A DNA stretch of 64,000 bases from a virus. The notes beneath the pieces were generated by a model. It saw only the letters and a program-made list of their open reading frames with translations. It made no database searches and was not told the DNA's origin. The DNA is taken from positions 1-64,000 of IMG/VR virus record IMGVR_UViG_3300030333_002570. The stretch is one strand, 5' to 3'. Below, in pieces: positions 54,245 to 62,119 of this stretch; within the stretch, counting starts at the first letter, position 1; each line of letters starts with the position of its first letter. Position numbers and translations under genes: made by a program.

Positions 54245-54463
54245 ATGATAACATTACGCATACATGAGAATAACACAGGCACGATAGATTTCGAGTCCGA
54301 AGAACAATTAGAGGCATGGATTGATGCTCCTAATTATAAACAAGTACAGTGGGAATATACAGAGAAAGATGTATTTCATAGGACATATTTTGTAGAACGT
54401 AACACTAACTCTATTAACCCAACTTGCGAGGACATTAGTAATGCCATCTGGAACAAATCGTGA
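54245..54463 (+). CDS. Hypothetical protein
   Basis: 72-aa ORF. Confidence 0.55.
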   Translation: MITLRIHENNTGTIDFESEEQLEAWIDAPNYKQVQWEYTEKDVFHRTYFVERNTNSINPTCEDISNAIWNKS

Positions 54464-54692
54464 TGCTAATCTAATCATCACACCAAAGACTTCAGCATCT
54501 ATTGAATTAAGTTTTGATCAAATTAGCACTCTATTGTATATAATAGAGGGATATTGTCAAGGTGATGATTACAATCAAGACGATCAATTTGCTAGTGATT
54601 GTGATAACTTAATTGAGATATTAGAGCAAGCAAGTGAAACAATACCATTGGATGATGATCCTCTAATTGATGAATTGAATTACTACAAGTAA
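54441..54692 (+). CDS. Acidic hypothetical protein
   Basis: 83-aa ORF, SD GAGGA. Confidence 0.6.
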   Translation: MPSGTNRDANLIITPKTSASIELSFDQISTLLYIIEGYCQGDDYNQDDQFASDCDNLIEILEQASETIPLDDDPLIDELNYYK

Positions 54693-54697
54693 TAGTG

Positions 54698-54754
54698 TGA
54701 CAGTACGATTAGTGTCACACAATTTTCCTATAATGCCTATAAATCGGGTATTAT
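54698..54754 (+). promoter_or_regulatory. Two-box early promoter, copy 6 (perfect 8-bp inverted repeat)
   Basis: GTGTGACA-N10-TGTCACAC (54695-54720); GTGTC-N32-TATTAT. Confidence 0.8.
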
Positions 54755-54782
54755 AATAGTATAAACAAATTTAAAGGATTTT

Positions 54783-55262
54783 ATGACTGTTGCAACTGCT
54801 GAATTTAGACAAGAACTTCAAGAGAAGTTAGCAGACAATGTATTACTTTGGACTGAGCAGTTATGTGACAATCTTGAGAAGAATTACTTCAATTATCACA
54901 AGAGAATGATAACAAATAACTCTCAAAGATATACAGAGGGTGAGTTATCAGAGTATGCACAATCTCAGTTAGAAAGTATCAACAATGGCACTGCTAATCT
55001 AATGAAGTTTCGTATACAATCAGGTAAAAAGTACTATAAAATTATACAACAAGATTATGACACTTTCCAAGATAGAAATGAATATAGGGATGGAAGTGTT
55101 CACGCATTTGTTGATAAGAAAACAGGTGAAGTTTATAAACCTGCATCATGGAAATCTCCTGCAAAGCATGTAAGATATGATATGAGAATTATCAAACATC
55201 GTGAGTTTTTACATAACTCAGACAACGTAGATTGGGCAGGTGGTTATCTCTATATGAGATAA
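54783..55262 (+). CDS. Conserved phage early protein
   Basis: GKKYYKII, SVHAFVDKKTGEVYKPASWKSPAKHVRY, widespread in phages. Confidence 0.8.
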   Translation: MTVATAEFRQELQEKLADNVLLWTEQLCDNLEKNYFNYHKRMITNNSQRYTEGELSEYAQSQLESINNGTANLMKFRIQSGKKYYKIIQQDYDTFQDRNEYRDGSVHAFVDKKTGEVYKPASWKSPAKHVRYDMRIIKHREFLHNSDNVDWAGGYLYMR

Positions 55263-55302
55263 TCTTCTCTCACTAATTATTACTTTTCATTCCCTTATTA
55301 CA

Positions 55303-55680
55303 ATGGCAATTTATTCACAAAAAGCAAATCCTAACGCAACTAATAGTGAATTAGATGCTAAGGTTATTGTTAAACATCCCAACCTAACTTCACTTCAATT
55401 AGATGAAGTTAGAGACCAATATGCAGAGATAGTTCTTGATAGAATGGACTATAAAGATCTAGAGCAATATGTATATGATTCTCTATCAGATTACTACGGT
55501 AAAATGTCACAAACTGAACTAAGAGAACATATCATCGAAATGGAAAATAGTGGTGATCCCACTGATAACTTATTTGATGAATTAGCAGAGAATGTAACAA
55601 TTAGGGATTTGATGAAAGAGAAAGATAGTGACGAAGATAACACTTGTATGCAAACATTTATTCCAGGATTTCATGACTAA
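55303..55680 (+). CDS. Hypothetical protein
   Basis: 125-aa ORF. Confidence 0.7.
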   Translation: MAIYSQKANPNATNSELDAKVIVKHPNLTSLQLDEVRDQYAEIVLDRMDYKDLEQYVYDSLSDYYGKMSQTELREHIIEMENSGDPTDNLFDELAENVTIRDLMKEKDSDEDNTCMQTFIPGFHD

Positions 55681-55852
55681 TTTAATTCAACAATGGTCAC
55701 AAACTTACTTCACTGATTTAACACCAGAGAAGCATCAAACTAATAATAATTGGTTTGAACTTATGCTCTCTATGTTAACACCAGAGGGTGAATTGTATGT
55801 CCCTTGTTTAAACAAATCATTCAACAAATTAGGGGAAGAAATTAATGACTAA
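55673..55852 (+). CDS. Hypothetical protein
   Basis: ATG 55673 with SD AGGA. Confidence 0.6.
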   Translation: MTNLIQQWSQTYFTDLTPEKHQTNNNWFELMLSMLTPEGELYVPCLNKSFNKLGEEIND

Positions 55853-56006
55853 CGTCACAAAGTACACTCGTTCAGGTGTTAATGGGAAGTATATTACATG
55901 CCCTAAATGTCAACAATCAAACAAGGTATTTCACTTTAGTTGGAGTGCATTAACCTGTTTATGTTGCAGAGAAAGTATTAACAAACTCGATTGGATTATT
56001 ACCTAA
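55845..56006 (+). CDS. 53-aa zinc-ribbon-like protein (not in track)
   Basis: CPKC...CLCC; TRSGVNGKYITCPKC..VFHFSWSALTC. Confidence 0.7.
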   Translation: MTNVTKYTRSGVNGKYITCPKCQQSNKVFHFSWSALTCLCCRESINKLDWIIT

Positions 56007-56007
56007 A

Positions 56008-56157
56008 ATGACATACTACACAGTCGAAACTGATCTCTTTACTGTTGACTTTAAGGATCAAATTACCTACCTTGAATGTTTACGAACAGCAGCAGATTTA
56101 GGGGTTAATTTAGATCATTATCTTCTTGAATTTCAAATAGAAGATGAAGAGAATTAG
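56008..56157 (+). CDS. 49-aa acidic protein (not in track)
   Basis: Fills the gap up to the next two-box motif. Confidence 0.5.
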   Translation: MTYYTVETDLFTVDFKDQITYLECLRTAADLGVNLDHYLLEFQIEDEEN

Positions 56158-56159
56158 TG

Positions 56160-56217
56160 TGACAGTGGACAAAGAGGTACAAGGTCGCTTGATTTTTGCC
56201 CCATTTCATGCGATACT
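56160..56217 (+). promoter_or_regulatory. Two-box early promoter, copy 7 (degenerate box 2, with -35)
   Basis: TGACAGT-N7-GAGGT; TTGATT-N17-GATACT. Confidence 0.6.
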
Positions 56218-56250
56218 ATGTATATAATCAAGTTTTACGAATTTTTCAAT

Positions 56251-56553
56251 ATGTCAAAATCTCTTTTTTCACAGTCCATCAACCTTTGCGATGACTATCT
56301 AGGTTTCGAGTGGTCAAGAGGTGTAGTCACCTCAATGTTTGACACTTACCGCCGTCAAAACGATTTAGATCCAAATCTTTCAATCTACCACTATGGTAAT
56401 GATCGTTTTGAAGTCAAAACTATGGTTTACGATGATTCAAAAGGTTGCATCATCGGTGACGAGATACATATCGGCACTTTTGATAACATCTTCGATGCTG
56501 AAGATTGTGCTGAAACTTATCTCAAAGATCTACTATTAGACCTCGGTGTTTAA
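56251..56553 (+). CDS. Hypothetical protein
   Basis: ATG 56251 downstream of promoter. Confidence 0.7.
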   Translation: MSKSLFSQSINLCDDYLGFEWSRGVVTSMFDTYRRQNDLDPNLSIYHYGNDRFEVKTMVYDDSKGCIIGDEIHIGTFDNIFDAEDCAETYLKDLLLDLGV

Positions 56554-56595
56554 TATTAGATCTTTTTTCTTGCTCACTATTTTACATTATTTGTT

Positions 56596-56796
56596 ATGCC
56601 ATCTTTCACAGTTAACAACAAAGATTACTCTCACAAAGAGTTAAATAAGATTTACGATTTCTTCACTCAAGATCAATGGGATGTGATAGATCAGGCACTT
56701 GATTGTTATGCTCAATCTGAAAAATATGTTGGAGTTGTAAACGATACAGGCGAAATTAGAGATGCTATGTATCAACTATTAAGGACAGCATACTAA
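56596..56796 (+). CDS. Hypothetical protein
   Basis: 66-aa ORF ending at the next two-box motif. Confidence 0.65.
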   Translation: MPSFTVNNKDYSHKELNKIYDFFTQDQWDVIDQALDCYAQSEKYVGVVNDTGEIRDAMYQLLRTAY

Positions 56797-56799
56797 GTG

Positions 56800-56855
56800 T
56801 GACAGTACATTTAGTGTCCATATTTTTCCCCTAAGTATCAATTTTCCCTTATAAT
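56800..56855 (+). promoter_or_regulatory. Two-box early promoter, copy 8
   Basis: TGACAGT-N7-GTGTC-N31-TATAAT. Confidence 0.8.
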
Positions 56856-56881
56856 AAATGTATACCAAACAAAGAGGATTT

Positions 56882-57163
56882 ATGAACAAAACTTCTAAGA
56901 TCATGCAAAGAATCTTACAGGTTGAGAATTTCCAGAATGTAGCATGTGTATGTGCTAATTGGAAAGAATTCACAGAAGAATTAAGCGAGTGGGGTGTATA
57001 TGGGTGTGCTAAGATAGATTTTGATGATGAAGATCTTGACGTTTCATTATTAGATAGATTCATCAAATCTGAAAATGGATATGAAAGAACTGGTGACGAT
57101 TGGAACCTAATTTATAACAATGGTAAAAACCTAGTTAATAACTTTGGGGGTGTATTCGCATGA
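56882..57163 (+). CDS. Hypothetical protein
   Basis: ATG 56882 with SD GAGGA. Confidence 0.7.
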   Translation: MNKTSKIMQRILQVENFQNVACVCANWKEFTEELSEWGVYGCAKIDFDDEDLDVSLLDRFIKSENGYERTGDDWNLIYNNGKNLVNNFGGVFA

Positions 57164-57396
57164 ATAGTTTAAAAGAATTTGTTGACTATGTTTGGTCATT
57201 TTATAATACTGAAGATGGGTTATATCCTATCGATGGTATAACTAGGCAAGACATTTATGATGCCTTTTATGTGTACAAACACAGATTATTACATGCACAA
57301 AATGATAATTACACTTGGGGATATGGTGATAGTTTAGATAGAGAAAGGGTAAGAGATATAATGCTAGAAAATAACAATTTATCCTGGAGGATTTAA
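57160..57396 (+). CDS. Hypothetical protein
   Basis: FYN..DGLYPI...W..GDSLDRE.VRDI motif. Confidence 0.75.
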   Translation: MNSLKEFVDYVWSFYNTEDGLYPIDGITRQDIYDAFYVYKHRLLHAQNDNYTWGYGDSLDRERVRDIMLENNNLSWRI

Positions 57397-57397
57397 C

Positions 57398-57652
57398 ATG
57401 TTTAAAAGTGAAGAATTCGGACGTATTTTCTGGGTTGATGATAACTATGATCTGCAATCATGCCCACAAAATGTTGATGGAACAGGTGATTTTGACTGTT
57501 CTGATTATGTCGAAGACTGGACAGATTGGGAGGGGGTTAGTATAAAGAAATTGCTAGGAATTCACAAGGCATGTATACTTAATAAGAAAGATTACGCTGG
57601 TTCATTAACACTTACAGATGCCCATTTTTCAGGACTAAGTAACAATGAATAG
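57398..57652 (+). CDS. Hypothetical protein
   Basis: SD GGAGG; GRIFWVDD. Confidence 0.7.
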   Translation: MFKSEEFGRIFWVDDNYDLQSCPQNVDGTGDFDCSDYVEDWTDWEGVSIKKLLGIHKACILNKKDYAGSLTLTDAHFSGLSNNE

Positions 57653-57789
57653 ATATAATATGTCTCGCATTATTGTGGATCGCCGCCGATATTTTTCTTA
57701 CAATGAGTATACATTTCCAATTAATTCAATGGAACTTATTAACAACTACTTTCGATAGTTTACGTTATGAAGAGATAAACAAACCAACT

Positions 57790-57942
57790 ATGACTTACCT
57801 CGATTTGTTACAACAATTAAATGAACTTCCAAAAGAAAAGTTACAACAAACCGTCACAATTTACGACAAAGATTGTGAAGAATACATCCCCACAGATAGC
57901 ACACTATTTGTCAAGAATGACAAGGTACATTTACAAATCTAA
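57790..57942 (+). CDS. Hypothetical protein
   Basis: MTYLDLLQQLNELP.E.LQQTVTIYD. Confidence 0.6.
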   Translation: MTYLDLLQQLNELPKEKLQQTVTIYDKDCEEYIPTDSTLFVKNDKVHLQI

Positions 57943-57963
57943 TTGTTACTCAGGGGCGATAAT

Positions 57964-58221
57964 ATGAGCAAGAAATATGATTTTAAAAAAGGTGAACTTA
58001 TCAGCATAAAAGATGATAAAGGACGGATAAATTTCATAGGAAAAGAATATTTTACGCTTACAACTCATGAGTGGAAAGATGATAACAAACTACATGGAAT
58101 TGCACAGGTTAATGTATTAGTTTTTAGATCAGATTGGGATGATATTGTTTATCATGAACGAGAGAAATTAGAGGGCAATTTGTATAAGTCACAAGAGCAT
58201 AGATACGAGGATGTACAATGA
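57964..58221 (+). CDS. Hypothetical protein (SH3-like beta pattern)
   Basis: G.I.FIG.EY.TL motif; ATG 57964. Confidence 0.65.
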   Translation: MSKKYDFKKGELISIKDDKGRINFIGKEYFTLTTHEWKDDNKLHGIAQVNVLVFRSDWDDIVYHEREKLEGNLYKSQEHRYEDVQ

Positions 58222-58358
58222 AACAATTACCAGACGATTACATGCACAAAAATGTTACTCACGGAGAACAGATTAACTACGTCTGGATAACATTAAAGGA
58301 ACTCGTAATTATGCAATGGGAATATATACGAAAAAACAGATTATGGAGGAGTTATTAA
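58218..58358 (+). CDS. 46-aa hypothetical protein (not in track)
   Basis: ATGA overlap, SD GAGGA. Confidence 0.5.
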   Translation: MKQLPDDYMHKNVTHGEQINYVWITLKELVIMQWEYIRKNRLWRSY

Positions 58359-58530
58359 CAACTATGTGGAAAACTTCCGTTTAATTGTTGATAACTTTAA
58401 ATGGTTAATTAAATCTAGTTGTGTTTACTTTAGTGTGGAAAAACATGTGGAGAAAGTGTTGCCTTAGCACGTTAATTACCGACTTGTCAATAACATTTAA
58501 CAACATGCAATATTCGCCGAGTTACTAACA
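58352..58530. other. Cluster of DnaA-box-like 9-mers with an AT-rich segment (oriC-like or DnaA-titrating locus)
   Basis: TGTGGAAAA at 58365 and 58434; one-mismatch boxes at 58352, 58386, 58446 and 58485; 58395-58433 is 30/39 A+T; non-coding. Confidence 0.55.
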
Positions 58531-58575
58531 AGAATTGCCCAGAAATCAGTCAGGGGTTAGTATAAACAATTCATG

Positions 58576-58632
58576 TGCCAGTGAGGAAAGTGTCCACTAG
58601 TTACTGACAACTACCTGGAAATCATGTATTAT
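58576..58632 (+). promoter_or_regulatory. Two-box early promoter, copy 9
   Basis: TGCCAGT-N7-GTGTC-N32-TATTAT; the 23-nt GTATTATAATAGTATAAACAAAT is identical to copy 6. Confidence 0.8.
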
Positions 58633-58660
58633 AATAGTATAAACAAATTCAGGTTAATTT

Positions 58661-58978
58661 ATGAGAGTTATTGAAAAGAACATGTGCAGAGCGATTTCTA
58701 ACAAGAAACCCTTCTCATCTTCCAACACTTCAGTAACATTTTCCGCAGACAATTCTCAAGCATTTGTTTATCTTCACGGCAACCACATTGCAACGGTAAG
58801 TGATAACAATCTTCAAATATTTGATGGAGGTTGGCAATCAAATACCACGAAAAGTAGGTTGAACTCGTTATTAGAAACCTTCACAGGATTAGGCAGAGGT
58901 TTGTATCAACGAAACTGGCAATGGTTCGTACAAAGTAACAACAACCCCTTCTATTCTGGAATGATTTTTAATACTTGA
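58661..58978 (+). CDS. Conserved phage early protein
   Basis: VYLHGNHIA, GGWQSNTTKSRLN.LL, QRNWQWFV. Confidence 0.8.
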   Translation: MRVIEKNMCRAISNKKPFSSSNTSVTFSADNSQAFVYLHGNHIATVSDNNLQIFDGGWQSNTTKSRLNSLLETFTGLGRGLYQRNWQWFVQSNNNPFYSGMIFNT

Positions 58979-59030
58979 CAAGATAAACAGTTTCTGTTAT
59001 ACTAGAGGGGTAAATAACCCCTCTTTTTTA
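58975..59030 (+). promoter_or_regulatory. Consensus sigma70 promoter overlapping a terminator hairpin
   Basis: TTGACA-N17-(TGt)TATACT 58998-59003, then AGAGGGG-taaataa-CCCCTCT-TTTTT. Confidence 0.75.
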
Positions 59031-59230
59031 TGCCTAATTAACAAATAGTATGCCACTATCTATAAACATATACAGGGCAAATCGCAGTCCTGGTGGGGGT
59101 TCTTGGTCTTTTTTCCGGCCCTTATATTAAAAAAGCAAACTACCCTAACCTACAAAGGTTCCCCAGAGAGAGATATATTATGAAACATTTCTTGTCTCCT
59201 CTATATAAAAAAATCCTCCAGAAAAAAATT

Positions 59231-59443
59231 ATGTCCTTAGAGTTTTCACAAGCATTTCAAGATGAACGCACAAGAGTCTTAGAACATCTTGTACGTAGGG
59301 AAGGTCATTTAGATACTAGGATGTATGAATTCTCGCAAGATATCGCCGAGAAAGGAATATTTGAAGATGTCGAAGCACTATATACCTTGTGGGAGCAATG
59401 GAAGTCTAAGTTCCCAACCCCACAGATAATAAATCGCCTATAA
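59231..59443 (+). CDS. Hypothetical protein
   Basis: ATG 59231 preferred; the longer track ORF runs through low-complexity, probably non-coding sequence. Confidence 0.65.
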   Translation: MSLEFSQAFQDERTRVLEHLVRREGHLDTRMYEFSQDIAEKGIFEDVEALYTLWEQWKSKFPTPQIINRL

Positions 59444-59447
59444 GAGT

Positions 59448-59609
59448 ATGAGCAAACGATTCACAACTAAATTGGATGAAGACGATTACGGCGATCTTGT
59501 TCTTACGATTCCATACGATATTTGTGAAGAGTTAGGTTGGAATACAGAAACACCTCTTCAATATGATGTCAATGAAGATGGATTTCACTTGAAGAAACAA
59601 GAAGAGTAA
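59448..59609 (+). CDS. AbrB/MazE/SpoVT-like small DNA-binding protein (not in track)
   Basis: TTKLDEDDYGDLVLTIPYDICEELGWNTETPLQYDVNEDGFHLKK fits the swapped-hairpin pattern G.l.lP......lgw..g..l. Confidence 0.7.
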   Translation: MSKRFTTKLDEDDYGDLVLTIPYDICEELGWNTETPLQYDVNEDGFHLKKQEE

Positions 59610-59611
59610 TC

Positions 59612-59797
59612 ATGATTTACATACTATACAATGATGAGCATAAGATTGAAGGAGAGTTTTCCACAGTCGAGAAATTGGAGTCATATATGGATTCCATTCG
59701 AGAACATCGTAATGAGCGTTGGCCTAAGACACCAAGGATGACTTGTTTTGATTACATTAAGTCTATTGGATGGTTCTTTGATATAAAGGATGTATGA
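59612..59797 (+). CDS. Hypothetical protein
   Basis: 61-aa ORF. Confidence 0.65.
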   Translation: MIYILYNDEHKIEGEFSTVEKLESYMDSIREHRNERWPKTPRMTCFDYIKSIGWFFDIKDV

Positions 59798-60390
59798 ACC
59801 TTTTCCCTTCTATAGTACATTGTATCGATATTCCCGATTACAGTGAAATAAAAGGCAGCCTCATAGGTCAATTGCTCAAGGAGCGTGCCTTGGATCCACA
59901 AGGATTAAAGAAATCTAATTGTGGCGGGTGGCATTCGAGGACTAATCTACATCAAGACGATAATAGTATAGTAAAGGATACGATATTTGATAATGTCGCA
60001 TGGTATTTCTCTAGTAATAAGATTCTTAAGGAGAATTCTAGACTAGAGTTTACTGCTATGTGGACTATGATTAATGGTTTAAACAATTATAATGAGTACC
60101 ATATGCACTCTGGATCTGATATAGCAGGTGTATTTTGGATTAAGACACCAGAAGGTTGTGGAAATCTATATTTTAATTCTCCACATGCATATAATACTTT
60201 TGCTGAAGAGATGCATTATAGTGAAGAATATAAGAAAGAGAATAATTTTTATTCATCCTATTGGTTTCCTGCTACTGAAGGACGTATTATAATGTTTCCA
60301 TCATCTCTTTATCATTCGGTTAAACCTAATCAGTCTGGTTTAGAACGAATATCTGTATCTTTTAATATTACATTGTCAACTGATACATAA
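59794..60390 (+). CDS. 2OG-Fe(II) oxygenase (TIGR02466-like)
   Basis: W..IN...NYN.YHMH.GS.IAGVFWI, FPS.LYH.V.PN, RISVSFN. Confidence 0.92.
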   Translation: MNLFPSIVHCIDIPDYSEIKGSLIGQLLKERALDPQGLKKSNCGGWHSRTNLHQDDNSIVKDTIFDNVAWYFSSNKILKENSRLEFTAMWTMINGLNNYNEYHMHSGSDIAGVFWIKTPEGCGNLYFNSPHAYNTFAEEMHYSEEYKKENNFYSSYWFPATEGRIIMFPSSLYHSVKPNQSGLERISVSFNITLSTDT

Positions 60391-60412
60391 TATGGTTACC
60401 TTATATACAACT

Positions 60413-60709
60413 ATGGCTACCTATAATGTTACATTGATCGACACCGAAGGCAACGAAACGACATTTGAATGTCCTGAAGATGCCTATATACTGGACCAAG
60501 CAGATGAGGAGGGTGTAGATGCACCTTATTCATGCCGAGCAGGTGCTTGTAGTACTTGTGCTGGTAAAATTCTAGAAGGTACAGTTAACCAAGAGGAGCA
60601 ATCATTCTTGGATGATGATCAAGTAGAAGAAGGTTTTGTGTTAACTTGCGTTGCATATCCTACTTCTGATGTTAAAATACGTTTAGGCGAGGAGGAAAAC
60701 ATTTACTAA
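60413..60709 (+). CDS. petF: Plant-type [2Fe-2S] ferredoxin
   Basis: [15 protein letters not shown]...EQSFLDDDQ...[13 protein letters not shown]. Confidence 0.98.
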   Translation: MATYNVTLIDTEGNETTFECPEDAYILDQADEEGVDAPYSCRAGACSTCAGKILEGTVNQEEQSFLDDDQVEEGFVLTCVAYPTSDVKIRLGEEENIY

Positions 60710-60936
60710 TGGCTTTACACATGAGAGAACAACTATTGAGAGCAGTTTTAGCACATGCTCAAGGTGAAATTGAAAAACATAAGGTGAACGTTAACGTTTA
60801 TCTAGAAAATCCTGCAGGTATTGGAGAACATTCCGATATTACAGAGGCAATTCAGGTCGAATTAGATAAGATTGCTCGATATCATGATCAGATAGAGGTA
60901 ATCAACAAATATTTTAGGTCGCCTACAGAGAGATGA
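60709..60936 (+). CDS. Conserved cyanophage hypothetical protein
   Basis: H.VNV.VYL.NP.GIGEHSDI.EAI..ELD.IA.Y.D. Confidence 0.8.
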   Translation: MALHMREQLLRAVLAHAQGEIEKHKVNVNVYLENPAGIGEHSDITEAIQVELDKIARYHDQIEVINKYFRSPTER

Positions 60937-61029
60937 TCGTAGTTAATGGCGAGAATATTAGATTATTACTCGTCATGATACTAGGTGTTGTTTGGTTTTA
61001 CCTTTTAAATGAACAATTGAGGAAAAATA

Positions 61030-61197
61030 ATGAAGATTGATGGTATTTCCGACTGGGAAAAGGAATATCTTACTATGGATGTGACTATTTCTAAGAGAGA
61101 AAAGGAAATTCTTGAAGGTGCTGACATAAAATCCCATGAAGGGATGGTATATGGTAGAATGTATGCCGATTGGAAACGCAGAAAGGGGTATCCATGA
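61030..61197 (+). CDS. 55-aa hypothetical protein (not in track)
   Basis: MKIDGISDWEKEYL...SHEGMVYGRMYADWK. Confidence 0.65.
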   Translation: MKIDGISDWEKEYLTMDVTISKREKEILEGADIKSHEGMVYGRMYADWKRRKGYP

Positions 61198-61320
61198 GGT
61201 TTCCTTACTGTAAATCCCATATGCTCGTTGTAGGTGGCAAGGCAACTCGTTGGTTTCCACCTATAGACCTTAGTACTATTGAGGATAAGATCACAAATTT
61301 GAAACTTAGAGGTTATTGGA

Positions 61321-61497
61321 ATGACTTATGATGAAGACAAGTTCATGAAAATGGACAAAGGTGAGTTAATTAGTGAATTATTACAGATTAGTTCTTTACT
61401 AGGTGGTACAATGCAAAGAGTAGAGACACTTAACTCTATGGGTAGATCATCTAAGAAAATTATTATTGAATACGATGTCAAGCAAAGAAAAGATTGA
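61321..61497 (+). CDS. 58-aa hypothetical protein (not in track)
   Basis: MTYDEDKF...LNSMGRSSKKIIIEYD. Confidence 0.6.
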   Translation: MTYDEDKFMKMDKGELISELLQISSLLGGTMQRVETLNSMGRSSKKIIIEYDVKQRKD

Positions 61498-61714
61498 TAA
61501 GTGGCAAGATAATCAAGAAGCACATGAAGCAATCAACATGTGTCTTGAAGCAATTGCTGGTAGATTAGTAGAGATAGAAAAACGTCTCCAAGAGCTCCCT
61601 ACACCTGATAAAACCTACTATCAACCACCAGATGAGGACAAAGATCTCGATTTATTCCAAAATTTTACTAAAATTTACGAAAAACTGGACAAAATCGAGA
61701 AAAAAGTGCTATAA
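61475..61714 (+). CDS. Hypothetical protein
   Basis: ATG 61475; ELPTPDKTYYQP. Confidence 0.7.
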   Translation: MSSKEKIDKWQDNQEAHEAINMCLEAIAGRLVEIEKRLQELPTPDKTYYQPPDEDKDLDLFQNFTKIYEKLDKIEKKVL

Positions 61715-61766
61715 TTAGTGTATTCGCCGCGAGCGATCCACATTTTAACGCAAATTAAGGTATTTT

Positions 61767-61913
61767 ATGGCAAAATCCGTTGCTTGGGGCTCAAATACGA
61801 ACTATATTGAGCCTAAACCCAAGAAAACCCGTCAAGGACGTTCTGCAAGAACAAAACTTTCAGCGACCTCACGGAACCATGCAAAAAAGAAGTATAGAGG
61901 ACAAGGAACATGA
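61767..61913 (+). CDS. 48-aa basic protein typical of the region before g25 (not in track)
   Basis: PKKTRQG.S..TK.SATSRN..KKKYRGQG. Confidence 0.75.
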   Translation: MAKSVAWGSNTNYIEPKPKKTRQGRSARTKLSATSRNHAKKKYRGQGT

Positions 61914-62119
61914 TTCATTTTGCATCTGCTTCACTAAATCTTAACGAGGCATGGAACTTGTCTTGGTCAGAAGGCATCCAATTCATACTAGTACTTGCTT
62001 TTGTCTATTGGTTGAAGGTAAAAATTGATACACGAGCTGGTTTAGGTAAGAAAAAACTAAGACAGTTGAAGGGTGTTATAGTAGAGGCAATTAAAGAAGC
62101 CAACAATGAGGGCAAATAA
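61910..62119 (+). CDS. Small membrane protein
   Basis: One TM helix and a basic C terminus. Confidence 0.65.
   Translation: MIHFASASLNLNEAWNLSWSEGIQFILVLAFVYWLKVKIDTRAGLGKKKLRQLKGVIVEAIKEANNEGK

Noticed and set aside
45152-58648. Dispersed GTGACAGT repeats as a CRISPR array or transposon ends
   Set aside because: Spacing is hundreds to thousands of bp with whole genes between; fixed distance to -10 elements indicates promoters; no transposase or target duplications
59093-59230. N-terminal extension of the 59093-59443 ORF
   Set aside because: GTG start without SD and low-complexity sequence; ATG 59231 is more plausible, so the tract is treated as non-coding
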